Assembly: GCA_964599095.1 (NCBI GenBank)
Contig: CAZREB010000014.1
Coordinates: 64,033 to 128,032, forward strand
Direction of reading: 5' to 3'
Length of the DNA stretch: 64,000 nt
Source: an uncultured Bordetella sp.
GTDB lineage: Bacteria > Pseudomonadota > Gammaproteobacteria > Burkholderiales > SG8-39
Shown: positions 1-9,114 of the stretch, one piece after another
Layout: every line of letters begins with the position of its first letter
Position numbering within the stretch: the stretch's first letter is position 1
The notes under the pieces: model-generated
What the model was told of the DNA's origin: nothing
Databases searched by the model: none
The model's input: the letters and a program-made list of their open reading frames with translations, nothing else
Program-made: the position numbers and the translations under genes

Positions 1-2
1 CC

Positions 3-179
3 GAATGGCTGGGCGTTGCGCTTAACGAATCCGAAAATTCTAAGGGCAGTAGAACGATTTCCGCCGCCTCGAGCGAAGTGACGGTGGTAACGATTCCTAC
101 CAATGAAGAAGCCGTAATTGCCGGCCACACCGCGCAGCTGCTCGCCGCGCATTTGTCGATCCCGCCTGTCGCGGCGTGA
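3..179 (+). CDS. ackA: acetate kinase, C-terminal fragment (5' end lies outside the window)
   Basis: Frame-3 translation reads ...SSEVTVVTIPTNEEAVIAGHTAQLLAAHL...*. V-x-V-IPTNEE-x-IA is the conserved acetate/propionate kinase C-terminus. Stop TGA at 177-179. It is absent from the ORF track because there is no start codon in the window. Confidence 0.6.
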   Translation, partial: EWLGVALNESENSKGSRTISAASSEVTVVTIPTNEEAVIAGHTAQLLAAHLSIPPVAA

Positions 180-218
180 CGGCCGAATGATTCAACAATC
201 GAAAATACGGAGAGATCC

Positions 219-2006
219 ATGCAACGTGCCCTGAAGAAGGCAGTAGCGAGAACCCGGCCTCGCTCGCCGGCTTTTCAGACGGAACCGCCGCCCTCCCGCC
301 GGCAGGAATGCGTCGAGCCCGCCGTACAAATGCGGATAGCGGACGATGTCCTGAGCTACCAGCAGGACTTGTGGCAGCGCGGCGTTCTTTTTCTGGACAT
401 CCTGCGCGAACGCGCCAACAACATGCTCGACCATGAACAGGCCGGACTGCCGCCATTGCTCGACTTTCCCTACGAAATGGTTCTCGATGCGCGCACCTTC
501 GACAAACCTGCGAACTACGCGCTGCTGCGGATAGTCGCGACCGGCGACCCGTGCTTCGATGCCTGCGCCGACGAATCGAAACCGCCCGTGATCGTGGTGG
601 ATCCGCGCGCGGGGCATGGTCCCGGTATTGGCGGATTTAAACGCGACTCGGAAGTGGGAATTGCGTTGCACGAGGGCCATCCCGCGTATTTCGTGATTTT
701 TTATCCGCGCCCTTGTCCGGGGCAAACCCTCGCCGACGTGCATCACGCGCTGCGTCGCTTCGTGGCGGAGGTGGCGAGGCGTCACCCCGGAAAGCCGCCG
801 GTGTTGTACGGCAACTGCCAGGGCGGGTGGGCGGTGGCACTGCTCGCGGCCGATTGCGTCGGCCTCGCCGGGCCGGTGGTCATGAACGGCTCACCGCTTT
901 CCTACTGGGCGGGCGAATCCGGCGCGAATCCGATGCGCCTCGCCGGCGGACTGCTCGGCGGCACATGGCTTTCGCACCTGACCGCAGACCTGTCCGCAGG
1001 CGTGTTCGACGGCGCCTGGCTTGCGCAGAACTTCGAGAGCCTGAATCCCGCAAATGCGCTGTGGGACAAGAACTACGCGGTGCTGGCCGATCCCGAAGGC
1101 GAACGCGAGCGATTTCTGAAATTCGAGCGTTGGTGGGGCGGATTCTATTTCCTCGGCCGCGAGGAAATCGTGTCGATCGTGGAGAATCTGTTCGTCGGAA
1201 ACAAGCTCGAGCAGGGTGTGATGCGCATCTGCGAATGCTGCTTCGCCGACCTGAAGCGCATCCGCAATCCCATCGTGGTTTTTGCATCTTCGGGCGACAA
1301 CATCACGCCCCCGCACCAGGCGCTCAACTGGGTACCGGAGGTCTACCCGAGCACCGACGATCTCAAACGCGCCGGTCAACGGATCGTGTACCTCCTCAAT
1401 CCACATGTTGGCCATCTCGGCATATTCGTCTCGGCGGCGGTGGCGCGATTCGAACACCGCGCGATCCTCGAGAATTTGGCGGAGATCGAGGCACTCGAGC
1501 CGGGGCTGTATGAGATGAAGATTCTCAACCCGACCGGCAATCCGGAGTGCCGCAAAGACCAGTACCACGTACATTTCGAGGCACGCCGCGTCGAGGACAT
1601 CCGCTTCGTCTATCCCCGCGATTCGTTCGAGCGTGTCAAGGCGGTGTCCGAATGGAATGAATGGGCTTATTCGAACTTCGTCAGCCCGTGGATGCGCGCC
1701 TTCGCGACGCCGATTTCGGCCGAATTGTCGAAGTGGCTGCACCCGATGCGAACGTCCCGCTACGCTTTCTCGGAGCGGTTTTCGCCGTGGATGGCAGCAA
1801 TTCCCGCGCAGGCGGCGCTGGTGCGCGAAGATCGCCGTCCGGCGGAGGCGGACAATCCGTATCTGAAGATCGAGCAGGCCGTAGGCAGGCAGATTTCCAG
1901 TTCGCTCGGCCTCTGGAGGTCCGTCGCGGACCAGTCGAATGAAAGCCTGTTCGCGCTCATATACGGATCGTCGCCGGGCGCCGGACCAGGTGCCGGAAGT
2001 GGATGA
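219..2006 (+). CDS. DUF3141-family alpha/beta-hydrolase-like protein (family often linked to PHA/acetate metabolism)
   Basis: 595-aa ORF with N-terminal WQRGVLFLDILRERANN and a GNCQGGWA nucleophile-elbow-like motif, both as remembered for DUF3141. ATG 330 (MRIADD...) is an alternative start. Confidence 0.65.
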   Translation: MQRALKKAVARTRPRSPAFQTEPPPSRRQECVEPAVQMRIADDVLSYQQDLWQRGVLFLDILRERANNMLDHEQAGLPPLLDFPYEMVLDARTFDKPANYALLRIVATGDPCFDACADESKPPVIVVDPRAGHGPGIGGFKRDSEVGIALHEGHPAYFVIFYPRPCPGQTLADVHHALRRFVAEVARRHPGKPPVLYGNCQGGWAVALLAADCVGLAGPVVMNGSPLSYWAGESGANPMRLAGGLLGGTWLSHLTADLSAGVFDGAWLAQNFESLNPANALWDKNYAVLADPEGERERFLKFERWWGGFYFLGREEIVSIVENLFVGNKLEQGVMRICECCFADLKRIRNPIVVFASSGDNITPPHQALNWVPEVYPSTDDLKRAGQRIVYLLNPHVGHLGIFVSAAVARFEHRAILENLAEIEALEPGLYEMKILNPTGNPECRKDQYHVHFEARRVEDIRFVYPRDSFERVKAVSEWNEWAYSNFVSPWMRAFATPISAELSKWLHPMRTSRYAFSERFSPWMAAIPAQAALVREDRRPAEADNPYLKIEQAVGRQISSSLGLWRSVADQSNESLFALIYGSSPGAGPGAGSG

Positions 2007-2098
2007 TGGCCTTACCGTCGGGAGCGTATTTTCATGGTTGACATGGATCAATATTCGCGTGCTTTACTCAGGTATCCTTCTGGACAGGTAACGGATCA

Positions 2099-2530
2099 GT
2101 GACCGCGCTGAAGATTCCCATGCGATCGAGAGCTACCCGCCATATCCTCTGGAAACGCCGTTGGACGCTGATTGCGTCCTGGGCGGTGTTCTGGTTGCTG
2201 TCTGCCTTGGCGCCGTTTTGCAGCGGCTGGGCCGCGGCAATTGGTGCGGCGAGCAGTCATGCTGCGCATCACGCCGTGACGGTATCGGCCGACGATGATC
2301 ACGAACCGGCGCAAGACAAAGAACAATGCTGTCAAACCGACGTCGAAGCGTCCGCGCTTGAATCGAAATCGGAGCTCGCTTCTTCAATCGAGGGTGAGCT
2401 CCGACCGTGCGCGATCGTCGCACGGTCGATCGTCACGTTGGTGTCGACGTGCGATAGAAGTTACCGTGTCGAACCACCGTCGTGGCCTCCCCGACAGGTG
2501 TTCCAGGATACCCGCAGGCTCCGGATTTAA
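2099..2530 (+). CDS. small membrane-anchored Cys/His protein, paralog of 5956-6429 (CzcI/DUF2946-like class?)
   Basis: 143-aa ORF with one N-terminal TM containing VFWLLSALAPFC. The C-terminus PPSWPP...TRRLRI* is shared with the 5956-6429 product (APPSS...TRRLRI*). Confidence 0.4.
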   Translation: MTALKIPMRSRATRHILWKRRWTLIASWAVFWLLSALAPFCSGWAAAIGAASSHAAHHAVTVSADDDHEPAQDKEQCCQTDVEASALESKSELASSIEGELRPCAIVARSIVTLVSTCDRSYRVEPPSWPPRQVFQDTRRLRI

Positions 2531-2714
2531 CCCCTCGCTGTTTGCTTTCGGCGGGCGCCTCGTGGCGCGCCCTTCGCCGCTGCCGGTTGTGCCGGTGGTG
2601 GCTGACGACGAAACGGCATTCGATCTTCAGCGAGGGAATCATGAATTCATTCGAAAGTTTGCGACGCGTCCGCGCTATCGCGGCTCGGCTGCGGGCGTGG
2701 TTCGGGCTCGTCCC

Positions 2715-3152
2715 GTGAGAGTCAGCGAAATCGCCAGGCTGGTCGGCGTGAAGCCGCACGTGGTGCGCTATTACGTGCGTGCGGGTTTGCTCGAGCCGCG
2801 GCGCACTGCCGGAAACGGCTACAAGAAGTTTTTGTACGAAGACGTGACGCGACTGCGATGCATCAGGGCGGCTCGCAGCGTGGGGATGTCGATCACCGAA
2901 ATCAGCGGCCTTCTGGATAAGGTGCGTAATGGTGGCAACCTGCACGCGGAGATGCGTGATCTGGTTTTGCGCAAGCACGCCGAATTGACGGCTCGCCACA
3001 AAGCGCTCGGCCAGACGCTCGAGCAGCTGTGCCGGCTGAGGGCGCTTTGCGAGGCGCGCGATCCCGTGTGCCGGGACCTGGACTCGCTGTGTGAAGTCTT
3101 GGAGCAGTCCGATCGATGCGCGCCGGAAGCTCTGAGTATTTCCGGGTTCTAG
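2715..3152 (+). CDS. MerR-family transcriptional regulator (effector unknown, Cys-rich C-terminus)
   Basis: GTG start gives MRVSEIARLVGVKPHVVRYYVRAGLL, the canonical MerR wHTH N-terminus. The C-terminal coiled coil carries five Cys. Confidence 0.8.
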   Translation: MRVSEIARLVGVKPHVVRYYVRAGLLEPRRTAGNGYKKFLYEDVTRLRCIRAARSVGMSITEISGLLDKVRNGGNLHAEMRDLVLRKHAELTARHKALGQTLEQLCRLRALCEARDPVCRDLDSLCEVLEQSDRCAPEALSISGF

Positions 3153-3169
3153 CCGCGTTAGGGCGGGCC

Positions 3170-3200
3170 TTGACCTGACACTTGCACACAGGTTTGAAAT
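3170..3200 (+). promoter_or_regulatory. putative MerR-type promoter upstream of the cytochrome-porin gene
   Basis: TTGACC (3170-3175), a 19-nt spacer containing the dyad ACCTG-N11-CAGGT, then TGAAAT (3195-3200). A 19-bp spacer is the hallmark of MerR-activated promoters. A GGGAGG RBS precedes ATG 3229. Confidence 0.4.
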
Positions 3201-3228
3201 CAGTCCCAATCGAAATCAGGGAGGGGTC

Positions 3229-4581
3229 ATGCGAATCGACGAGCGCATCGGTTGGAGAACGGCAGGCGCGGTGATCGCGACTGTCATTGCGTGGATCATG
3301 GCGATTCCCGGCGCACAAGCCGTGCCCAGCATGGGCCGGCAAACCGGCTACGAGTGCGCCAAATGTCACACCGTGTTTCCCGAACTGACGCCGTTCGGCC
3401 GGCAATTCAAGCTCGGCGCGTTCGCCATGAGTTCGGCAAAATGGGACGAAAAGCCTTTGGTCGAAAGAATACCGGTTTCCGGGCTCGTGCAACTCTCGAG
3501 AACCAGCACGAAGAATACCAGCGCGGGCGGCGCGACGCCGGGGACGGACTTCGTGCGCGATCGAGAGACGGTCCTCCAGGGCGCGGGGCTCTACTACGGC
3601 GGCAAGATTACCGAGAAGTCCGGTGCCCTGATCCAGTACAACTATGACGGGATCGAGGAAAGATGGGGCATGGAAATGTTCGATGCCCGCTACGCCGACG
3701 GCACCTCTCTGGCGGGAAAGGAGTTGACCTACGGCGTTACGCTCAACAACAACCCGACAGTGTCGGACATCTATAACAGCACCTCGGCGTGGGGATTTCC
3801 GCATACGGGATCCGCGGCACGGCAGATGCCCGCAGCTACGATGATCGACATGACGCTCGCCAGCCAGGTGGGCGGGATAGGAATCTACGGCCTGTGGGAT
3901 GATTTGGTCTACGCCGAAGTCGCCGCCTACAGGACAGCGCGCCGCAGCGCCTTCCGGTTCATGGGGGCGGGCGTGCCGAAAGAGACGGTGCTGGATGGCA
4001 CGGCACCGTACTGGCGCCTTGCGTTGCAAGGGGAATCCGGGCCAAGCAGTTTTTCCGCCGGCGCCTACGGCATGGTCGCCAAGGTTCTCACCGATCGGGA
4101 CAACGCTTCACTGGGGAGCGACAGATTCCGCGATTTCGGAATCGACGGCTTTTACCAATATATCAAAGGCGACCATACCTTGTCGGCAAGTGCTACCCGA
4201 ATTCGCGAGAAGCAGACCTGGGGCACTTCGTTCGCCCAGGGCCTCGTCTCCAACCCAAGCGGCACCCTCAATACTTTTCGAGCAAGCCTTCACTACTACT
4301 ATATGCGCAAGTGGGGAGGGGGAGTGCAATACTTCCGTACGACCGGCAGTTCTGACACCCTGCGCTACAACACGGGCGACGCCGTGATGGGAAGCGCCAA
4401 CGACAGCCCTAACAGCAAGGGCTATATTGCCGAGATCAATTACCTTCCGATACAAAACATCAAGCTCGCCCTCAGGTATACCGCCTACCAGCAGTTCAAC
4501 GGAGCGTCGACCGACTATATGCCGGGCAGGAACGCATCCGACAACAACAACCTGTTTTTGCTAGGCTGGATATTGTTTTGA
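3229..4581 (+). CDS. Cyc2-like fused monoheme cytochrome c / outer-membrane beta-barrel porin
   Basis: Signal peptide (..PGAQA/VPS). A single CAKCH heme motif lies about 12 residues after the predicted cleavage site, in the context GRQTGYECAKCHTVFPELTPFGRQFKLGA. About 400 aa of alternating Gly/Tyr/Ser/Thr-rich sequence follow, ending ...LLGWILF* (terminal aromatic residue typical of OMPs). Confidence 0.65.
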   Translation: MRIDERIGWRTAGAVIATVIAWIMAIPGAQAVPSMGRQTGYECAKCHTVFPELTPFGRQFKLGAFAMSSAKWDEKPLVERIPVSGLVQLSRTSTKNTSAGGATPGTDFVRDRETVLQGAGLYYGGKITEKSGALIQYNYDGIEERWGMEMFDARYADGTSLAGKELTYGVTLNNNPTVSDIYNSTSAWGFPHTGSAARQMPAATMIDMTLASQVGGIGIYGLWDDLVYAEVAAYRTARRSAFRFMGAGVPKETVLDGTAPYWRLALQGESGPSSFSAGAYGMVAKVLTDRDNASLGSDRFRDFGIDGFYQYIKGDHTLSASATRIREKQTWGTSFAQGLVSNPSGTLNTFRASLHYYYMRKWGGGVQYFRTTGSSDTLRYNTGDAVMGSANDSPNSKGYIAEINYLPIQNIKLALRYTAYQQFNGASTDYMPGRNASDNNNLFLLGWILF

Positions 4582-4639
4582 CGATCGATCTTCGTCGATA
4601 TCGGAATTCAAACGGCAGGCGTCTGGAGGGAAAGCAACC

Positions 4640-4987
4640 ATGAATCTGCGACAGTTGAGGCACGGGCTCGGAAATGCGGCCGCGGCGGCGATCTTACTCG
4701 GCGGCTCGAATCACGCCGCGGCGCTCGATGCCGACGGGGTTCAGGCGCTGATGAGAAAAAGCGATTGCTTCAAATGCCACGCGGTAGACAAGAAGAAGGA
4801 CGGCCCGATGTACCGGGAAATCGCGGCCAAGCTCAAGGCCAAGCCGGATTCCGAACAGAAGCTTTACACTCATCTCACAACCAATCCCAAAGTGGAAGTC
4901 GACGGCAAGAAGGAAGATCACGTCGCCCTCAAGACCAAGAACGACGCGGACATCAAAGACGTGATCAAGTGGATTCTGTCCCGTTGA
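4640..4987 (+). CDS. periplasmic class I monoheme cytochrome c (c551/c552-like)
   Basis: 115 aa with a signal peptide. CFKCHAVDKKKDGPMYREIAAK resembles C-x-x-CH-x-(ID/VD)-x-K-x-VGP-x-Y-x-x-(V/I)A-x-K of cytochrome c551. Confidence 0.8.
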   Translation: MNLRQLRHGLGNAAAAAILLGGSNHAAALDADGVQALMRKSDCFKCHAVDKKKDGPMYREIAAKLKAKPDSEQKLYTHLTTNPKVEVDGKKEDHVALKTKNDADIKDVIKWILSR

Positions 4988-5240
4988 CCATTTCGCCCCG
5001 GTAAGGCCGCCCGCGAGAATCGCTACGAGGGGTCTGCGGGGTCCGGTCCTCAGGCGGCGATGTGCTGGCATTGTGTCCGGACAGCCCCGCCTTGAGTTCG
5101 AGCAGGCCGCCGCCCGCCAGATTGGGCAATCGCTCACGTTGTGGCGGAGTACTGTGGACCAGTGGAACGAGGCCGTGTTCAATCTCAGGTACGGTCATCC
5201 GCCGGGCGACGGGTCACGCGAATGGGGCGTACGGTAACAA

Positions 5241-5849
5241 GTGGCATCGAACATCCCTTCGATTTCTTTGAACCGCAAGGCAGGCGCGGACGGTCTTCTC
5301 GTCTGGCTCGTCCGCATCGCGTACCGGCCGGCGCTGCATCGGCTGATCTCGCGCCTCGCGCCGGTCGCGGAGCGTCGTTGGTATCCGCCACTGGTCGGCG
5401 CCATGACGTTTGCGGCGACACTTTCGATGACCGTGCCGACCGTGCCGCTGCTGTGCGCCCTCGTCGCGCTGAAGCGACGGCGCTGGCGGGCGATAACGAT
5501 CTGGGCCGTGCTGGGCAGCGCCCTCGCGGGCGCTCTGTTCGTCCATATACTGGGGCATCTTGGCACGCGTTTCATACAGGCGCGGCTTCCGGAACTGGCA
5601 GCCTCGTCGCATTGGCAGCATATGGTGGAATGGATCCTGCATCACGGTTGGTGGCTGCTCACGTCGATCGCCGCGTCTCCCATCGCTCAGACTCCGGCAT
5701 TGTTTCTCGCAGCGCTGGTAGGAATGCCGGCCACGTCGGTTTTTTCCGCACTGCTTGTGGGAAAGGCGGCAAAATACGGATTGATGGCCGGGTTGACGGC
5801 CCGCGCAACCGGAGCAGTCGTGGATACGCGTGAGGGCGAATCCCCGTAA
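5241..5849 (+). CDS. integral membrane protein (YqaA/DedA-like?)
   Basis: 202-aa ORF with 4-5 hydrophobic segments and no diagnostic catalytic motif. The start is uncertain. Confidence 0.45.
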   Translation: MASNIPSISLNRKAGADGLLVWLVRIAYRPALHRLISRLAPVAERRWYPPLVGAMTFAATLSMTVPTVPLLCALVALKRRRWRAITIWAVLGSALAGALFVHILGHLGTRFIQARLPELAASSHWQHMVEWILHHGWWLLTSIAASPIAQTPALFLAALVGMPATSVFSALLVGKAAKYGLMAGLTARATGAVVDTREGESP

Positions 5850-5955
5850 GTAGCGTGCGAACCTTGCGCAAACGGCGCCGGGCGCGATGGACAGTGGCGG
5901 GCATCGAGATGCGGACTTGATTTCGATCAATCGATGCGCCCGATCAACGGCTAGA

Positions 5956-6429
5956 ATGCCCGGTATGTCAGTTGCAGTTCAAATTGGCGCGGCGACTCGC
6001 CTAGGCGCTTGGTTGCGAATCAGCGGAGTGGCGCGCGCGGGGCTGATCGTGGGCTGGCTGGTCTTCTGGCTGAATGCGGCGCTGTTTCCGTGCTGTGACG
6101 CGATGGCGGCGATCCTGAGCGGACATGCGGAGGGCGGGATGCGGCCGTCCTCGAGCGCGTCTTCATCGCCACATCCGGAATACGAAAATTCCGAATCCTC
6201 GGATCAATGCCCAGATGCGCCATGTGGCGAGAAGCTAGGCTCGGTGCCCGTCCCGGCGGGCAAGTTCGAAGTGAACCCGCCGGATCGTTCGCCGGCAGTC
6301 CGTATTGCCGCCGATTTGGCAGTCGCCATGCCCGTCGAGCACGTGTTTCGCGCGCCGAAAATCGGGGTTTCGCGCGCGCCCCCGTCTTCGCTGCGACACT
6401 ACCTGCGCACCCGCCGCCTGCGGATTTAG
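5956..6429 (+). CDS. small membrane-anchored Cys/His protein, paralog of 2099-2530
   Basis: TM segment LVFWLNAALFPCCDAM and His/Cys/acidic-rich middle (SSPHPEYENSESSDQCPDAPCGE). The C-terminus ...LRHYLRTRRLRI* has its last six residues identical to the 2099-2530 product. Upstream ATG 5887 is an alternative start. Confidence 0.4.
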   Translation: MPGMSVAVQIGAATRLGAWLRISGVARAGLIVGWLVFWLNAALFPCCDAMAAILSGHAEGGMRPSSSASSSPHPEYENSESSDQCPDAPCGEKLGSVPVPAGKFEVNPPDRSPAVRIAADLAVAMPVEHVFRAPKIGVSRAPPSSLRHYLRTRRLRI

Positions 6430-6586
6430 CCGCAGTTCCCATGGGATCTCAAAACCGCAACGCACTCGCGGTCCCAGGAGCCATCCGCTCGTTTCCTGCA
6501 ACCGGCCGCTTGTTCCAGTCTCGACTGACGGCGGATCGGTTCGAATCAATGATCAACCCGTTTGCAATCCAAAGGAAAATGCCATC

Positions 6587-7024
6587 ATGAAAACCTCGAT
6601 ACTGATTTCCGCAATTCTCGCCGCTACTTTGGCGGCGCCGATCGTTTCGGCGCAGGTGAAACCCGCGCCGGCGATGCCGTCGATGAATGCGGACGGCGAT
6701 AAACAGATGTCCGTGATGCAGGAGAACATGAAGAAGATGCAGCAACAGATGGAGAAGATCGGCGCGGCGAAGGACCCAAAGGAACGGCAAAAGCTCATGC
6801 AGGAGCATATGCAAACCATGACCGAAAGCATGAAGGCGATGCGCGGCATGGGCGGTCCGATGATGATGGACGACCGCAAAGGCGGCGGTATGATGGGCGG
6901 CATGAAGGACGGCGACATGAAGAAGCGCCAGGAAATGACCGAAAAGCGCATGGACATGATGCAGATGATGATGGAGCAGATGATGCAGCGCGAGCAGGCG
7001 AAGGATTCGATGCCGCATATGTGA
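6587..7024 (+). CDS. Met-rich periplasmic protein (putative Cu(I)/Ag(I)-binding)
   Basis: Signal peptide MKTSILISAILAATLAAPIVSA. Methionine content is extreme: MQENMKKMQQQMEK, GMGGPMMMDD, GGMMGGMKDGDMKK, MDMMQMMMEQMMQ. Confidence 0.7.
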   Translation: MKTSILISAILAATLAAPIVSAQVKPAPAMPSMNADGDKQMSVMQENMKKMQQQMEKIGAAKDPKERQKLMQEHMQTMTESMKAMRGMGGPMMMDDRKGGGMMGGMKDGDMKKRQEMTEKRMDMMQMMMEQMMQREQAKDSMPHM

Positions 7025-7162
7025 GCGGGAATCGCCGCCCTTTTGCATTGAACTCGCCTGGCTGATCTTCATGGCTGCGGTCGGCGAATGACTGCCCTTA
7101 GCGGATCCACGGGCGGCCGTCGGCTGCCTGCGGCCAGTCGCGCGACGGTCGCAAAGTGCCGA

Positions 7163-9076
7163 ATGAGGAGATACAGATCGGTGAAATCCTGTCCCTGGAT
7201 CGGGCGTGCTGCGTTTTTGGCATTGCTGTTTGGGCTGACGCATCTTCCGCCCGCCACTGGGCAGACGGACTCCGCAGAGCACGAATCCCATCATCCGGAA
7301 AAGGTCGCCGGACCCCATGCGGGGGGGGCTTCAGTCGGCGCGTCACCCGCCGATTCCGCCTCAGACCTTTCGGTCGCCGGGCCGGCCCGGGACGTCGGGG
7401 CGATGGGGGGCATGCAAAAAATGATGGAAGGAATGATGGGCGGAGGCAAGAGCGAGACTTATCCGCGCATGATGAGTCTTCCCGGCTCGACGCCCGAAAC
7501 GCGCTCCGAAGTGGAGCGTTCGGCCGAGAAGAGCATTCACGAAGGGACTGTTCTGCTGCGGGAAGCCCGCGAGCGCCTGGAGAAAGCGATCGAAGCCGGC
7601 GACCACGAAGGCGCGACAGGCGCGTTGCAGCAGACGCGCGACGCGATCGCGCGTTTGGAAAGCGGCGTTTCCTCGCACAGGGCGATACGCGAAGGCATTG
7701 CGCCGAAGGACCTCGCCCTGCGGTGGTACAAGCGCAATTTGGACCTGGCCGCAGCCGATCGCGCCGCTCCTGCGCATGGAATCTTCGGGTTGTCCTGGAT
7801 TCATTACCTGATGATGTCGATCCTCGTCGCGTCCGCCCTTATGACGCTCTGGATCTATCTGCATCGGGCGCGCCGCGTATCGGCCCTTCTCGAAAGACTG
7901 GCGAGCGGCCCGAAGGGAGGAGTCCCCGCGCGAGAATTTGCCGAGTCCGCGGTGGCGCCGAGCGCGACTGCGCAGGGCGTCCATCCGGACGCGGCTCCTT
8001 CCAGGTCGAATTCCTGGAGCGGCTTGCTGCAGGTGAAGCGGATTTTTCAGGAAACACCCCGGGTCAAGACATTCCGGCTCGCCGATCCCGCCGGCGGGCG
8101 GCTGCCGTTCAATTACCTGCCGGGGCAGTTCCTGACGCTCACCGTCGCGCCGAACGGGCAGGCGATCAAGCGTTCCTACACGATCGCGTCGTCCCCGACG
8201 CACCGGGATTACTGCGAAGTGACGGTGCGCCACGAAGATCGCGGAGCCGTTTCGGGTTATCTTCACGAACGCATCCGCGAGGGAGACGCGCTTCGGGTAA
8301 CGGCGCCATCCGGGAAGTTCACTTTCGACGGAAAGACCGGTCGCAGCATCGTGCTGATCGCGGGAGGCGTGGGCGTCACGCCGATGATGAGCGTGGTGCG
8401 CTACCTGACCGACCGCTCCTGGCCCGGCGATGTTTACCTCGTATACGGCTGCAAGGCCGACGACGATGTCATCTACCGCGAGGAGATCGAATATCTAGCG
8501 CGGCGGTACCCGAATTTCCATGTGACTCTGATTGCAGAGCGCGCGGGGCCAACGGGATGGAGTCATCGCGTCGGACGCATCACGCCGGGATTGCTAACGG
8601 AGTCGGTGCCCGACATTGCGTCGCGTCATGTGCACCTTTGCGGACCGGCGCCGATGATGGAAGCCGTCAGGCCGATGCTCGCATCGCTTGGGGTACCGGC
8701 GTCCGAGATCGAGACCGAGGTATTCATCGGCAAGGAGCGGCCGCAGCCGCTGCCGTCGCCCGGACCCCAGGCCGGAGCCGTGCAGGACGCGGATCTGCGG
8801 ACGGGGCCGTTGAGTGTCGCGAAGGCCACCTTCGAACGCTCGCGGAAGACGGCAGCGCTTCCACCAGGCAGGACCATACTCGAAGCCGCGGAAGACATTG
8901 GCGTGAACATCGAGTACTCATGCCGGGTGGGAACCTGTGGAACGTGCAAGGTGAAGCTGCTTGCCGGGACCGTGACAATGGATAGCGAGGAGGCTCTCGA
9001 ACCCGCCGACAAGGCGCTGCATCTGATCCTGGCGTGCCAGGCAAAGGCCACGAGCGATGTGTCGATCGACGCATAG
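7163..9076 (+). CDS. membrane-anchored FNR-like FAD/NAD(P)H oxidoreductase with C-terminal [2Fe-2S] ferredoxin domain and N-terminal periplasmic Met-rich domain
   Basis: Signal-like N-terminus, Met-rich stretch MGGMQKMMEGMMGGG, helical region, then a single TM (WIHYLMMSILVASALMTLWIYL) followed by HRARR (positive-inside rule). FAD motif RSYTIAS, NAD motif LIAGGVGVTPMMS, LCGPAPMM, then plant-type ferredoxin CRVGTCGTCKV...LACQ. Upstream ATG 7088 is an alternative start. Confidence 0.8.
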   Translation: MRRYRSVKSCPWIGRAAFLALLFGLTHLPPATGQTDSAEHESHHPEKVAGPHAGGASVGASPADSASDLSVAGPARDVGAMGGMQKMMEGMMGGGKSETYPRMMSLPGSTPETRSEVERSAEKSIHEGTVLLREARERLEKAIEAGDHEGATGALQQTRDAIARLESGVSSHRAIREGIAPKDLALRWYKRNLDLAAADRAAPAHGIFGLSWIHYLMMSILVASALMTLWIYLHRARRVSALLERLASGPKGGVPAREFAESAVAPSATAQGVHPDAAPSRSNSWSGLLQVKRIFQETPRVKTFRLADPAGGRLPFNYLPGQFLTLTVAPNGQAIKRSYTIASSPTHRDYCEVTVRHEDRGAVSGYLHERIREGDALRVTAPSGKFTFDGKTGRSIVLIAGGVGVTPMMSVVRYLTDRSWPGDVYLVYGCKADDDVIYREEIEYLARRYPNFHVTLIAERAGPTGWSHRVGRITPGLLTESVPDIASRHVHLCGPAPMMEAVRPMLASLGVPASEIETEVFIGKERPQPLPSPGPQAGAVQDADLRTGPLSVAKATFERSRKTAALPPGRTILEAAEDIGVNIEYSCRVGTCGTCKVKLLAGTVTMDSEEALEPADKALHLILACQAKATSDVSIDA

Positions 9077-9114
9077 CGGCCGGCGGCGCCTCGCCAGGTA
9101 TCCCGGGATTGCAA

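Noticed and set aside
2641-2718. 25-codon upstream ORF (MNSFESLRRVRAIAARLRAWFGLVP) whose stop overlaps the GTG start of the first MerR gene.
   Set aside because: It is too short to evaluate from sequence alone. It could be a chance ORF in the spacer, and no conservation evidence is available.
4965-5198. 77-aa minus-strand ORF whose N-terminus (RRMTVPEIEHGLVPLV...GGGLLELK) faintly resembles the C-terminal half of a glutaredoxin-like protein. It could be a frameshifted remnant.
   Set aside because: There is no CxxC motif in any neighbouring frame. The ORF overlaps the cytochrome c gene end. The similarity is too weak to support a call without a database search.
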